Below, in pieces: positions 39,360 to 52,196 of a DNA stretch of 64,000 nucleotides. The notes beneath the pieces are model-generated. The model had not been told where the DNA came from and did no database searches. It worked only from the letters and a program-made list of their open reading frames with translations. The position numbers and the translations under genes are program-made. This DNA is from Lingula anatina (lineage: Eukaryota; Animalia; Brachiopoda). Numbering within the stretch: position 1 is the first letter of the stretch; each line of letters begins with the position of its first letter. The DNA is taken from assembly GCA_051362555.1 (NCBI GenBank), contig CM120643.1:7564001-7628000 (forward strand). Reading direction: 5' to 3'.

Positions 39360-41685
39360 ACAATGGCGCACCTTGGTAGAAAATGAAGAAGAAAAGCAGA
39401 CAATTATTAAACATATGCACAGTGACAGTGAGTAAAATTTACAGATATTACTATTCTTTTACAACCTTTGGATTTATATTACTGTGAATGGAGTGTTAGT
39501 GATACGCATATTACAATGTACTACCAGATGCTACCAGGCTGTGTATTTTCATACAACATTTCCCAACAAGAAAGCACAAAGCAAGTAAGTAAATGATAAA
39601 GTAGACCCCATTTAAAGTAACATCAAGTAAACTATTGTCCTCACTCTCTGAAATACAAGTGGTGTTTAATTCTGAATACTAAGTCCCATATTATAATATT
39701 GCCCTATTGAAATGGTCTGTATGATAATCATATTTTTGGTTGGTTTTAATGCCATTTCATTTTGAATTGTCAGGTGGGGAGCACCAAAAAGGCTCCTGTC
39801 AGACCAAGGAAGAGAGTTTGTGGCTGAAATAAATACAGAGGTTTGCCGCTCCCTCAGCATAGAGAGGTCTGTGACAAGTGCCTATCATCCTCAGACCAAT
39901 GGTCTGGATGTGAGGACAAACCAGACACTGAAGACTCCATTCAGCAAGCTCATTAATGAACACCAGAACGACTGGGATACTTATTTGGAGGATGTGGTGT
40001 ATTCCATCCATCACAAAAGCAAGCGTCCACAAAGTTCACCCCTTTTTTTCTTATGTTTGGGAGGCACCCTAGGTCTCTGAGAGAGGTAATTCTAGATTTA
40101 AAATTTTAATGATTAAGTAGACAACATAAATTTTGGAACATTTTTATTATTATTTTCTGACATCTCAGTAATAGGTTTGTTACATCACTGAAACTGTGTT
40201 TGAAAAGCAGTCTATGTGTAGCCAAAATGTGTATTAGATATGATATGCTTTGGTCCTTTGAATTATATCAAACCTATTTAATCTTTTATATCATGTAGAC
40301 TTCTTTTAGATTATCAGTTATTTCTATACTGTATATGCTTAAATGGCTGCACTACAAATATTTTATTTACCTACCTATTTTTCATTCTTCTGATTATTTT
40401 AATTAACAGGCTATCTGCTAGTCATGATACTGATCTTGTCTTTACCTTAAATGAAGTGGGAAGCATGAAACATTGCTCCTGTGTTCAAAAAAATAACATG
40501 ATGAATTTTAAAGAGGTTTTCTAATTTCAATTATGATTTCCATTTTTAGATGAATGCCAAAGATGGTGAAAGTATTGAAGTTCTGGAAGACACGGTCAAC
40601 CATAGAGAGGCATTGCTACATTGCTATTTGACACTTCTTTTATGGATAAATGACAGAAAAATAACGCCAAATTAAATACTTGGACGATAACTAATAGTTA
40701 TCGAGCCACATAATGCGCGACGTTCACTATCTACTAAACACGCGTTTTAACAGCAAAATCGTCGTTTGAAAAAAAAACGTATTCTAAAGGTACAGTGTAA
40801 TAATTTACAAGAAAAATTTAGATGCTTAGGCGATTTGAGAGCAACTTGGTTGAGGAAATACGCGCATAATATACCGCGGGTGCCTACCGCTATTGTTTAC
40901 ATGGCACGATAAATGCACCGCAGGCGCTATATTCTATTGAAGACGCTACCGCTCACAGTGGGTGGCTACAAACGAGCTGAGTAGATTTCGTGCTAGTAAG
41001 AGTGGTATTTATCCCTGCTGGGTCCCAACGGCTTAAGGTTTAATTCCCTATAATTAACTCACCGATAATAGGCGTTTAACTACCATAAGGATTATAAACC
41101 AAGGCTATTAAAGTGTCCTCGAAATTAATCCTGTAGCTGTAGATGTCACTAATAAAGTTGGAAGTACAAAGACACACATAATGTGCTTCATTAAAGGGTT
41201 CTAGCTATAGTATGTTACAGTTGTATCAAAATTGTATTTGAATATGAAATACTTTTCTTGTTTTATGACTGCCTGTCATATTTGTGTCTCTAATAAGCAA
41301 CTGTGCATTCATTACTAGGACATAGTATTTTAATGTACAGACACAGTGTACATGGCCATCACCTGCCTCTGTCATGGTGCACTTTTTTCATTGTTACTGC
41401 ACTAACCTAAATACTGATATAGCTTTTTGCCTCAAAGTTATTAGTTAATTTGATGCCTGTATATGTGCCATCTTCACTGTCTATATTTTTCTTGTGTTCT
41501 TCTTAGGTACAAGAGAATGTGGAAAAGGCCCAAACAAAACAGAAGGAGAATTTTGCAAAGAGAAAGGCAAATGGCGCCAAATCCTTTGACCTTTCAGTTG
41601 GAGACATGCGGTCATGAAAAGGGCTATGAAAAACATTGGAAGGAAGGGAGGAAAAATGGAGCATCTGTGGACTGGGCCTTATCGG
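39360..41685 (+). pseudogene. Intron-containing Ginger1-type integrase/transposase remnant
   Basis: GT-AG-bounded exons: LVENEEEKQTIIKHMH (39365-39427), WGAPKRLLSDQGREFV...SAYHPQTNGLD...WD...TPFFLMFGRHP (39774-40085), VQENVEKAQTKQK...GRKGGKMEHLWTGPY (41507-41684; GPY/F motif). Confidence 0.85.
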
Positions 41686-42329
41686 TATGTATTTCTGCCA
41701 GAACTTTTCTTTTAATGAGTTACTTGCTGCTCTTGATACTGTACACGTGATTTGTGATTTCTAGTACTTCCACCATAATACATGTACATCTTTACACAAC
41801 AAAACAATAATTCAATATCTCAGAAGTAGAGGGGAAGATGTCTCTTGTCCAGAGCACAGTGGAGTCTGCACAGCCAATCTACGAGATTGGGGACAAGCTT
41901 AACCACTGATGGGGATCGACAGTCAAGCCCAGCTGCATGTGACAATGTTGAAAATTTTTTGGGACACATGACACTTTACCAAAGCTCTGAAAAAACAAAT
42001 AGAAAAAGCACCATTTTCTGGTCAAGTGTCTCCAGGAAAAACAAAATACACTAGAGACAACTCCATCTCATCACATCACATTTACAACATCTTATTCATC
42101 CTAGTGTTAGCTGACCTTGCAAGGAATTCAGTTTATTGGAATGTATTTCTGAAAAACAAGTTAAGAAAATTCACTAGTTAACTAAAGACACAAAACAACT
42201 GTCACTTTTACTTTAAAACCGTTTTGTTATTATTTTGATAAATTTAGTTACAGTATTGATAAACAAAGTATCACGTTTTCAATAATTAATATTTTAAATT
42301 ACAATCCATAAATGCAAGGTTGTGTCATT

Positions 42330-42459
42330 GACCAAAATACAACGTTGAGTCAACGTGGCTGGATCAACGTTGATTTTACCTTGAATTTAGGTAGATCAAC
42401 AGCAATTCAACGTATCAACCTGTTTTCAATGTTGATCCAACTCAACTATGCCTGCTGGG
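42330..42459. mobile_element. Right-end fragment of a CCCAGCAGGCA-type CACTA-like MITE
   Basis: Repeated CAACGTTG-like palindromes ending in TGCCTGCTGGG. Confidence 0.5.
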
Positions 42460-42598
42460 TACTCATTACTTCACATTTAACATGTCCACTGTATTTAATG
42501 TCACATTTCTATACAAACTAAATATCCTTTCATACAACTCTTGCATTTTTTTCAAAATTCTAATAAAATTCCAACCTTAATTTCTTTCTCTTTCACAG

Positions 42599-43854
42599 AT
42601 GGAGACCAAAGAAGTCATTGTAAAAAATAAGGCAACACCACTTAATCAAATGACGGTTACAGATGACACAGGCTCAATAACAGTCAATTTGTGGAGAACA
42701 GCCACTACATCCCCAGTTAAACTGGGAAGTCGTTTGTCAGTGGAGGGCAACCTCCACTTCAATACATATGAAAACCAACTGGTATACCACGTCAATTCAC
42801 CAGAAAATGTACAGGTAACCACACATTGAACATCTTTCCTCTTTAACTGTTTTTAAAATAATGGTAATAATTTGCTATACTGTTTTTCAAGAAATAATCA
42901 ACATTATACAAGCATTACAGATTATTCTAATAATCGTCAATTACATTGTTCACTTTTAAAACAAAAGTCCACACACAGGTCACCAACGTATACATATCAT
43001 GCTTCATAGAAAAACATTATTACTGAGACCACTAAAAACCATTATTAACTTACATATAATAGCTTTCTCTGTTATGATTTAGAATATTTTTACCTATTTC
43101 ATTATTATTCCAGATTCAAGAAAGTGTCCGCATAGAGAAAGCCATCAAGTTATTGGGGATCAGTCATGACCAGACAACTCAAGGCTTCCTTTTCTTTACT
43201 GAAGAAGAACAAGAATTACATATGTCTTTGGAAGAAGCAAGAAAAATATGGCCACACCCTTCAGAGGATGAAATCAGCACAACCCTACCAATGAATATTA
43301 CATGTGCAATAACTGAAGGACAAATGACAGATGTAGCAATACAGGGTAATTGCTAAAATTTTTGACTCCCATCATGCCATACCATATACTATTAATACTA
43401 TAATCAAAATTTATAACTTTCTTTATTTTAATAACTTAATATGAGACGCTAACTGAAACAACAATGTAATATGTGCATACATACACAGCTATTGATCCAG
43501 TCCTCTGCTTCCTTCGCAGTGCTGTGAAAAAAAATGTTAAAATATACATAAAATCCTAAATTTTTTCAAAATTTTCAAACTATGATCATGGACCGCCACA
43601 TAATGATTTTAAAGCCTCACTCAGAGTTTTCCATTTTTTTATCTTCAATGTTCATTGATATGACACAAACATTATCTTAGCATATAACAACTGACAGTAC
43701 CTCTTGTTACTTTTATGCATTTAACTGTAACTTATATCAGCTTTTCATTAATTACACAGATATAAAACCTTCAGACATAAGCCAGCCCACCATGCCAGAG
43801 TCAGGTACCTCTCTCAGCCAGCCCACCATAACAGAGCCAGGTACCTCTGTTTGA
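42599..43854 (+). CDS. Three phase-compatible exons (42599-42814, 43114-43345, 43760-43854) encoding an OB-fold (RPA/SSB-like) protein; 5' end uncertain
   Basis: Canonical AG/GT sites, no stops until TGA at 43852; MTVTDDTGSITVNLWR...VKLGSRLSVEG fits the D.TG.I.+.LW OB-fold motif. Confidence 0.65.
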
Positions 43855-44735
43855 AATAGCATTATGGTAAGCTTGCTTTCCTTTTCATTGTAATATAACT
43901 GCTGAATAACATTTTATTGCTTCAACCAAAAATCAGCTCTAAGCAAATGAACAAAACTGTCATAAAACACTTGGGTGCCTTTTTGGTAAACTTCGCCACA
44001 AATTTTTACAGTTCAAAATTTATTACTTAAGCACATGATCAAATTTAACATGAAATACTTTCATGTGTCAATAATTTCTTATAATTTCTGTTCCTATAAT
44101 AAAAATATTAACAACAAAATTTTCAGTTATATAAATTCGTTCCCTTCTATGGTTAAAAATGTTATTTCAAAGATCTTTTTCGTGTCTACTATGGGGTCTC
44201 AAACACCATACTTATTCTTTTTTTTTTTTCAGCACAAAAAGAAACGGGTTGCTAACTAAAATCAGCACAATCAGTTAATATTTACAGTAGTTTTTTTTCT
44301 TTTTTATTCTAAGAGTCATTTATGTAATGCTGATTAATGTATAATATACAAGCTGTACATTATTCTTTTGTCTGATGTTTTTCTTTTTCTTTTTTTTGTT
44401 AATTATAATTTTGCCTTACTTTAGTTGTAAGTGTACTTTAGATAATGTCTATTACATATGATATTATCTAAAACTCGTTCAGGGTTTTAAGTTTCAATCA
44501 GTTCTTTTGCTTATTGTTCAAGATTTTTTTATCTAGTTCAGAGTATTAAAATTGCCTTTCTACATTAGTCCACATGTATTGAGGAGTTTCTTGAAGGCAT
44601 TTCTTTTAACTTACATTGTAAAAAAATGTTTCATTTATTTTATTACAATATACCTTAGTTTTATAACTTTTTCATAGTTTAGTTATTGTTATACTTTTGA
44701 TGTTAAAGTAAAATGTGAGTCATCCTTGCTACTAT

Positions 44736-45026
44736 TATGGAACGCCATTCACGCAAAAAATACACCACGCAATTTAAGAGTGTATTTTTTTTCAAAAGTG
44801 TATTTTTTTCTAACAATGTAGCCGGATCATTTAATAATGTAGTCCCGTAATCTTATAAAATACACCACGCAATTTAAGAGTGTATTTTTTTTTCAAAAGT
44901 GTATTTTTTTCTAACAATGTAGTCGGATCATTTAATAATGTAGTCCCGTAATCTTATAATGTAGTACCACTCGTCAAAAGTGTAACGTCGCGCCAAAAGT
45001 TTAATCCCGCAAGAATAGTAATGACA
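44736..45026. mobile_element. Transposon terminus with subterminal repeats, including a 2 x 100-bp tandem duplication
   Basis: Begins TATGGAACGCC; AAAATACACCACGCAATTTAAGAGTG... at 44757 and 44857; recurrent AATGTAG/AAGTGTA motifs. Confidence 0.5.
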
Positions 45027-47814
45027 TCATTAGACACCAGATGGCGCAGCGATCTGTTGTTGTATTATCTGTTGGCTACCTTGGAAAAGCGCCACCTATC
45101 GTGAGGTCCGCAACTCATTGCGGAGAATTCAGTATCCATGATCAGCAAATCTGAGAGCCACGTGCGGTTTGAGACAGATCTGGGCGGACAATTTACGGTT
45201 TTACGCTGAAGTTGTGGTTATATCGCAGCGGTTTTGGTTGTCTCGGGGAACCACGTGTCATCATGTCTACTGGTAGAAAAGAAACCTATGAAGAAATTGG
45301 TAGGCTTCAGGAAAGGGCAAATGAATTATGGCAGCAGCAGCACATAGCATCAAGAACATCATCACCACCACGTTCAGTAACAACAGTAGGCCAAGTAAGC
45401 ATTATTAGGAAGAAGTGAATCTGTCCATCTCTCATTCTCTGGGATTTTTGCCTATCTTTAGTGTGAGTTTAGCATTGTTTAGTAGCAGGCCTAGCTAGAA
45501 ATGAAGCCTGAAAAAGCCAGTGAAGGCCTGCACTTACTTGTTGAGCAAACACCATATGTTTATGTTTATGTACAAACCCACAGTCTGCGACGTTAAGCAC
45601 TAGCCTGAGACAATTGCCCACCTAAAGTGGCACCGGGCTAGTAAAAAAGATGAAATTTTATAAAGCACTAGTTGTAATTTTGAACCTATTTCAACACTCG
45701 GTAAGATTTCAAAAATATGAGTCGCCAGTCTTCTTTGTCCCTGCCTCTAATTTGACGTTTCTAGATAGTATGATATGCCTCTCAGTTGAAAAAACTCACA
45801 CCTAGCTCAAGCTACTGAATATTGATTAGTTGCTATAAATAACTTCACTGTAGTTATTAATAGTAGCAGTCTGTCTGATCAGCGTGTCGGCATCTTCTTA
45901 TTTGACCAGTTTGTTGTCATGACTACAAATTGCTGTCAATCAAGAAACTGGATCAGACCGGAATTCTTTGGTACTAGCAACAGGTTTTGTCAAAACAACA
46001 CTGTCTCCGAAGCAAGTGTAATGTATGCGTTACCTCATAGAACATTTAGGTTAGGACCACTTAGCAGACTGAGGGGTGGAGTATTCTATTTTCTTTTTTG
46101 TTTATATTTTTTATTTATAATTTTAATGTCCAAGAGTAAATACATGGCAGTTACATAAATACCCTATGAACTATTCTTGACAATGTGGGATAGTTCAGTT
46201 CATGCCATGGCTACCCCTCCACACTTTGTCCTGGTAAAGTCCTTGAAAAGTTGTTTTTACAAATATATAACCAAAAGAATTCTTACCAAAAAAATTGTAA
46301 GACGTTTGTTTAATTACCCTTACAGCACCTATGTATTTTAAATTAGAAGTGGCATTATATACCGATGTAATTGGAAACAAATTGTCAGAAAAGAGCCATT
46401 GTCAATTAAAAGAACAGGAATTTAAAAAAAAGATTCTGATTGCATATAAAAAATGGAGAAAAAGATATAATAAAAATATGAAAAGTAAGGGTAACTATAT
46501 TCAGTATTACAAATTAAAACAAAAAAAGATTTTTTTCAATATTAAAAGAATTAAATATATTTTTAATTAATTTTACCACCCCATCAACTGGAAATTAACC
46601 TGATTGACTTTGTTATTCACTTGCTCTACTTCTATAATAAGGTTTATAAGAAAGTACAGTATGGTACCACAACTCTTTACAGCATCTGCTTAAACTTTTT
46701 AAATGAATTATTTAAATTGGGCTAGTGTTTTTTGGTTCGGGCTAGTAAAGTTTGAGAGAAGCTTTTTTCGTTTCGCGTTCAATCCCAGCAATTAAAATTA
46801 AATTAAATTTTTAAGATTGAAATATGGATATATGTAGAAGTTATATTTATTTCATAATAATTTTTTATATATCCATTTTATTTTTTATATATTATGATGA
46901 TGATGAGCTAGCAGAGGAGGATGTGTACAAACAGTTAAAGGAACTGACTGGAATATGAATTTGTTTAGATAATCATATAGAAATAAAAATGGATGTTAAA
47001 CATGTATGCGTTTACGTTATATCTAGTAGCTTGAAACTACTAATTTTTAACGTAAAATTTTACGGACCAGTACTTCTTGGTATGGACCAGTACCTCTAAG
47101 GTCCACTGGTCCGTATTGGCCAGTCCTGCCCAAATTCTGTTTTGACCCCTGAATTAAATACTGAAAAGTAATTTAAAGTTACACTGAATTCTGTTTGAGT
47201 ACCACTTGGTATTCTTTGATAGGGGCGATTGAATTTTCTTCGGAAATGCGTACGTCTACGCCGAGCAAGCCTTGCAAGTTTAAAACAACTGATCTCAGAC
47301 TGGTAAAAAATATCACAATTTGGTCGATTTCAGTTGACATATTAAAATTCAAATAGGGCGTACGTAAATCACATAACTGGTTTAAGTCCACTAAAGCTAC
47401 CGGTTTCAAATATAAGTGACCGGGCATTGTTTATAACACCTGTCTCCGTGGGAAAAAGCGTCCCACTTGTGAAGCGCGTCATGGAAATGATTGTCAGTGA
47501 AGGAAATAAATAGATAGAAATTATGAACTGTCGTCTGTTTGAATCTCAAGTTATGTTAGCACATATTGTACACAGCAAAATAAAATTTCAAAAGGAGGAT
47601 AAAACGTGCTTGACACATGTGTTAGGCGAAAATTGCGGCTTATCTTGCGTTACACTTCCGGTAAAGTGCAATACTTCCGGTAAGATGAACGTTTTGGCAG
47701 ATGCCCCTAACAATCCGACGATATCAAAGATTTCCATTGCTATATTTTAATCAATTCGACCAAACTAACATTTCCATGAAATTAATTAATTAATCTTGGT
47801 TGAATTGTTTGGCA

Positions 47815-48030
47815 TATTACCGTATCTCCAGGGCATGGCAGGTACATCCTAGGGTGACCATATTGTACTGCAGGCAGCTTCGACACTGTAAGGTGTAGAT
47901 ATAATGGTGGTGTCTAGCTTAGGCGAAGAAGCAACTCAGTTTTTGCATTCCACAACTGAAAATGGTGATGTCAATCAACCGAACATGATTATACATCTCA
48001 CAGAACACCACTATATTTCACTTCAGGCAT
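47815..48030 (+). pseudogene. OTU-like cysteine protease fragment with stops
   Basis: YLQGMAGTS*GDHIVLQAASTL*GVDIMVVSSLG...IIHLTEHHYISL (decayed WGD and HY motifs). Confidence 0.7.
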
Positions 48031-48570
48031 TAAATTTTAGCACACATAACATCAATATGGCAGTAGCTCCAGTATCACAACAGATTTTACATCTATTAAT
48101 GAACCTGGTAGTTATAATTTCACTTCGTCAATAACTGAATTTAATGTAAATTATATCGATGTCAAGGAATATTGTGTTTAGAATTAGAATCGAAAAACGA
48201 AATAAATATGCCTTTCAATAATGCTAACAGTCACAGCCCGGATGAAAATGTTGGAGAGAATGGGGTACCCCTTCATAGAAATAATGCTTGTGTTGTCAAA
48301 TTCATGAAGTACATGGAGAAAAGGGGGAAAACAATCAAGCGACAGATGATTTTGGGTGCGTCAGGTGGTGGAAGTGAGTTTTTGCTCGTAACGGATGAGG
48401 ATATGCTTATTTTTGTCGATACATCTCTATATATGGACTCCTCTATTAGCACAAGGTTAAATGATGCTTTCAGTACTGGTTGTATTATGTATACAAAGGT
48501 GACAGACAAGGAATTAGAATAGATGATGATGGTACAGATGGTACAGGTTTAGGGAAAGAATCACGGACAG

Positions 48571-50353
48571 AACTAGAGGATCAGAGAGGCGATACCGCCT
48601 CCTGGTATTGTACCACCAGCTGGAGTAAGAGCATTCGTATGGGAAGGAAAAAGAAGGGGGAGGGGTTGTCTCACTAGTTGACGATCTTTCGCAAACAAAA
48701 GCCATTGAATGAATATACGATTGCAACGATCCCCCACTGAGGATACGAAAATTACGTTCTTCCTTGCTCTTTGGCCAACGAAGACTCAAATATGAAAATC
48801 GCGTCCTCATCTCTTTCACATTGGGAATGAACTTTCGCTAACAATTTGAAAGTTGTCTTTTTTGTCTGCCAGTTTTAGAGGTAAAATGGAAAAAAATTTG
48901 CAAAGTTCAGTTCATGGTGAAAAGTAAGTCAAAGGTCAATTTGAAGGTCACATTTAGATTGTCAGTATATGACTTCCTATCCAAGTTCAATAGTATCTAT
49001 GGACCTATCTCTGCCAGTTTTGGAGATAAAAGGGAAGCAAAATTTGCAAACTTCAGTCCATGGTGAAAAGTAGGTCAAAGGTCAATTTGAAGGTCACATT
49101 TAGATTGTCAGTATATGACTTCCTATCCAAGTTCAATAGTAACTATGGATCTATCTCTGCCAGTTTTGGAGATGAAAGGGAATCAAAATTTGCAAAGTTC
49201 AGTTCATGGTGAAAAGTAGGTCAAAGGTCAACAAGGTCACACTAAGATTGCCAGTATATGACTTCCTATCCAAGTTCAATAGTAACTATGGACCTATCTC
49301 TGCCAGTTTTGGAGATAAAAGGGCAGCAAAATTTGCAAAGTTCAGTTCATGGTGAAAAATAGGTCAAAGGTCAATTTCAAGGTCACATTAAGATTGCCAG
49401 TATATGACTTCCTATCCAAGTTCAATAGTAACTATGGACCTATCTCTACCAGTTTTGGATAGAAAGGGAAGCAAAATTCGCAAAGTTCAGTTCATGGTGA
49501 AAAGTAGGTCAAAGGTCAATTTCAAGGTCACATTTAGATTGCCAGTATATGACCTCCCATTCAAGTTCAATAGTAACTATGGACCTATTTCTGCCAGTTT
49601 TGGAGATAAAAGGGAAGCAAAATTTGCAAAGTTCAGTTCATGGTGAAAAGTAGGTCAAAGGTCAATTTCAAGGTCACATTTAGATTGCCAGTGTATGACT
49701 TCCTATTCAAGTTCAATAGTAACTATGGACCTATCTCTGCCAGTTTTGGAGATATAAGGGACTAAATGTTATAATTTTGGAGTTCCCATAATGTGCCATA
49801 AATTTCCTACAGAAAAAATTAATTAAAATAAAGAAAAGGTCATTTTGGTCAAAATTCTTGAAATGGGAGTTACTCTGAAGTTCCAAAAGTTCAAATTTGA
49901 TGAAATAATGTCAATTATGACCACAAGTTGTCTGCTTTGTCAAGCCTTATGTTTTATTTTTCCAGAGTTCAAAATTTATTATCCATTACTAGTCAGGCGG
50001 TTAAGTCCAAATTATATCCAGAATTGTGCAAAAGATGATAAAAGCATGAAACTTTCCACAATGAATATTTAAGAAAGCCGCTCATCCGAGTACTAATGAA
50101 TTTTGGAGTTGCCCCCCGATCCAAAATAGACAAACACCCAATGGTCATTCATCGTGGAAAGTTTCATGCTTTTATCATCTATTGCACAATTTTTTGGCTT
50201 AGCCGCCTCACTATACCGTACTGCACATTTTGCTTTCACCACCAATATGTACTTTTTGATAGCGTAACTCAAAAACCGTTTGGAATACAAAAAAACGGAG
50301 ACCACCGCCCGTGTTGGGCTTTACATGCTCTACAAAATGCAAAAAAGAATGGG
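48571..50353 (-). mobile_element. HINE copy 2, truncated, with about 6 copies of the 146-bp unit (48864-49760)
   Basis: Same AACTAGAGGATCAGAGAGGCGATACCGCCTCC end and subTIR; core matches copy 1 up to AAAGAATGGG; other end missing. Confidence 0.9.
49990..50213. mobile_element. 224-bp MITE with TAG...CTA termini and 3-bp TSD (Academ-like) nested in HINE copy 2
   Basis: TAC duplicated; TAGTCAGGCGGTTAAG / CTTAGCCGCCTCACTA plus about 45-bp inner inverted repeat; empty site CCATTACCGTA in copies 1 and 3. Confidence 0.88.
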
Positions 50354-50956
50354 AGGGGGAGCATAAGGGCATAGCAACTTTTATGTTATGAAATAACGAT
50401 TTGAAATAAAAAAAAGTCAAGTTGAGCCTTTCTACTGATATACTTTATCATGATTCGTGACTATCTAGCTTGGTCGGTTAAGAATATATATACACCCCCC
50501 CCCTTAGTTTAGTTGAGTTGCTTACCTGCAAGTTATTAATCCCCTCCCCTCCCCCGAACGTCATACTGGCAGGTTTCCAAATGAAGACTATACCGCAGAA
50601 AAAGTTTGGGGCCCAAAAGAGTGTCAGCCAAGGACACGTTTGGGGAACAAGTTTGAACATGTCATGATGGACATTTACAGGTGTAGGACCAGAACAGAGC
50701 CTCTGGTAGACAGTTTAGAACCAAGGGACCGAATTTGATTTGAGGATCAGAAGAGAGGCTTAACAGACGTTGTTCTGGTACATCTGTTTAGGGTACGTGC
50801 AACAGCAATATTTAACTAACCTTCAAAAATTCTGCACAACTAACCATTTGTTGTGGCATTTCAATTATTTGCCTTTTCTGGTACAATAAGATTTAATAGT
50901 TAGTTGTTTTACTGGCACAGGGTTAATTTAAATTTTGTTTATTCCTGGAATATTAA

Positions 50957-51949
50957 AGACAGTCTCAGCGCGTTAAACCCTTAAAATAGCACGAAAATGA
51001 ATTTTCCTGGAAAACTCACCAATTTCCCCATAATGACCAAGGTATATCCTATCCAAAACCGTTCAGAAAATGAAGCTACCTAATACCGTTTTTAAGTTCC
51101 ATTAAATAATAAAAGACGACTCGTCTTAAATACTCAGCTACCACCTCACAGTATACGGCTTCAGAACGCGCAATTTCTTGCCAAGTCTCGCGGTTTACTA
51201 TGAATGAAGTACTACGGCTGAGACCCGGATGTTACTATTTGGCGCCAAAACAGCAAACATGGCTCAGACGCGCGTCAAGTCTGAACAGGAGAGCGACAAA
51301 AGGGGGCGAAAGAAAATAGCCACTCCAGTTCGAAAGATACGAAAGAAAATTAGAGACAGACGAAGAAGCACTCAGACTGTGTATGTTGGGAGGGAGGTGG
51401 GGCGGTGGAGGACACTTAAAGCTGAGTTAGGACTCACATACGAGGCAATGGCGAAACTACTCCTCGACACGTGAGTATGCGCTTCACAGGTCTCAAGTGT
51501 GTCTGATTATCATATTATCCTGTTCACAATAAATGACAATATTTGTGCTCATACAAAGTTGGTTACGTGTATAAGAGCGTTTTGGGCTTTACGTTTTCTG
51601 TTTTTGATCGGTACATGTACCGAAAAGATGGACAGGCGGCACTTACATGTCTGACAAGTTTCGCTGTGTAGTCGTGACGTCTATCTCATTCTGACTGAAG
51701 CCTGCTGTGATTGGTCGTAAGCGTGGGAAAATCGAGGTCGTGACCTTGAGCCGGAAGTACTTCTGGCTGTGCTCCGAAATCATGATAAATAGTTTTCGTT
51801 TTCTAATTCTTTATTCTAGTTGTCTTAACAGGACTTTTGTGACCCAGACTTATTCATATAATAATAAACAATCTCCCAAAACACAAATCTGATCAAAGTT
51901 TTACATAGAACCTGCTTCTATACATTAATCTAACCCACTGAGTTGTCCT
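50957..51949 (+). mobile_element. TTAA-flanked non-autonomous element (Kolobok/CryptonV-like) with a first exon at 51259-51470
   Basis: TTAAAG...CCTTTAA ends with imperfect 19-bp TIR (12/19); exon RKKIRDRRRSTQTVYVGREVGRWRTLKAELGLTYEAMAKLLLD followed by GTGAGT. Confidence 0.7.
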
Positions 51950-52196
51950 TTAATATTAGTTGTTTTAACAATTGATATATTCTGTGTACTGGGATAAACT
52001 TAATCACTTATCTGTAAATTAATTATTAGTTTCATAAAAATATGATTCTAGATTTATGGATTTTGTGAAAATTTATATTTCTATTTTTTAATTTCTATTG
52101 GTTTTTTTTTTTTTTTAAATCTTTCCAGTGTTGAGTGCCAGTTATAATAGCTTTCTATTTCTTCTGATTATTTGTGTTAGATCTTACATCAACACA

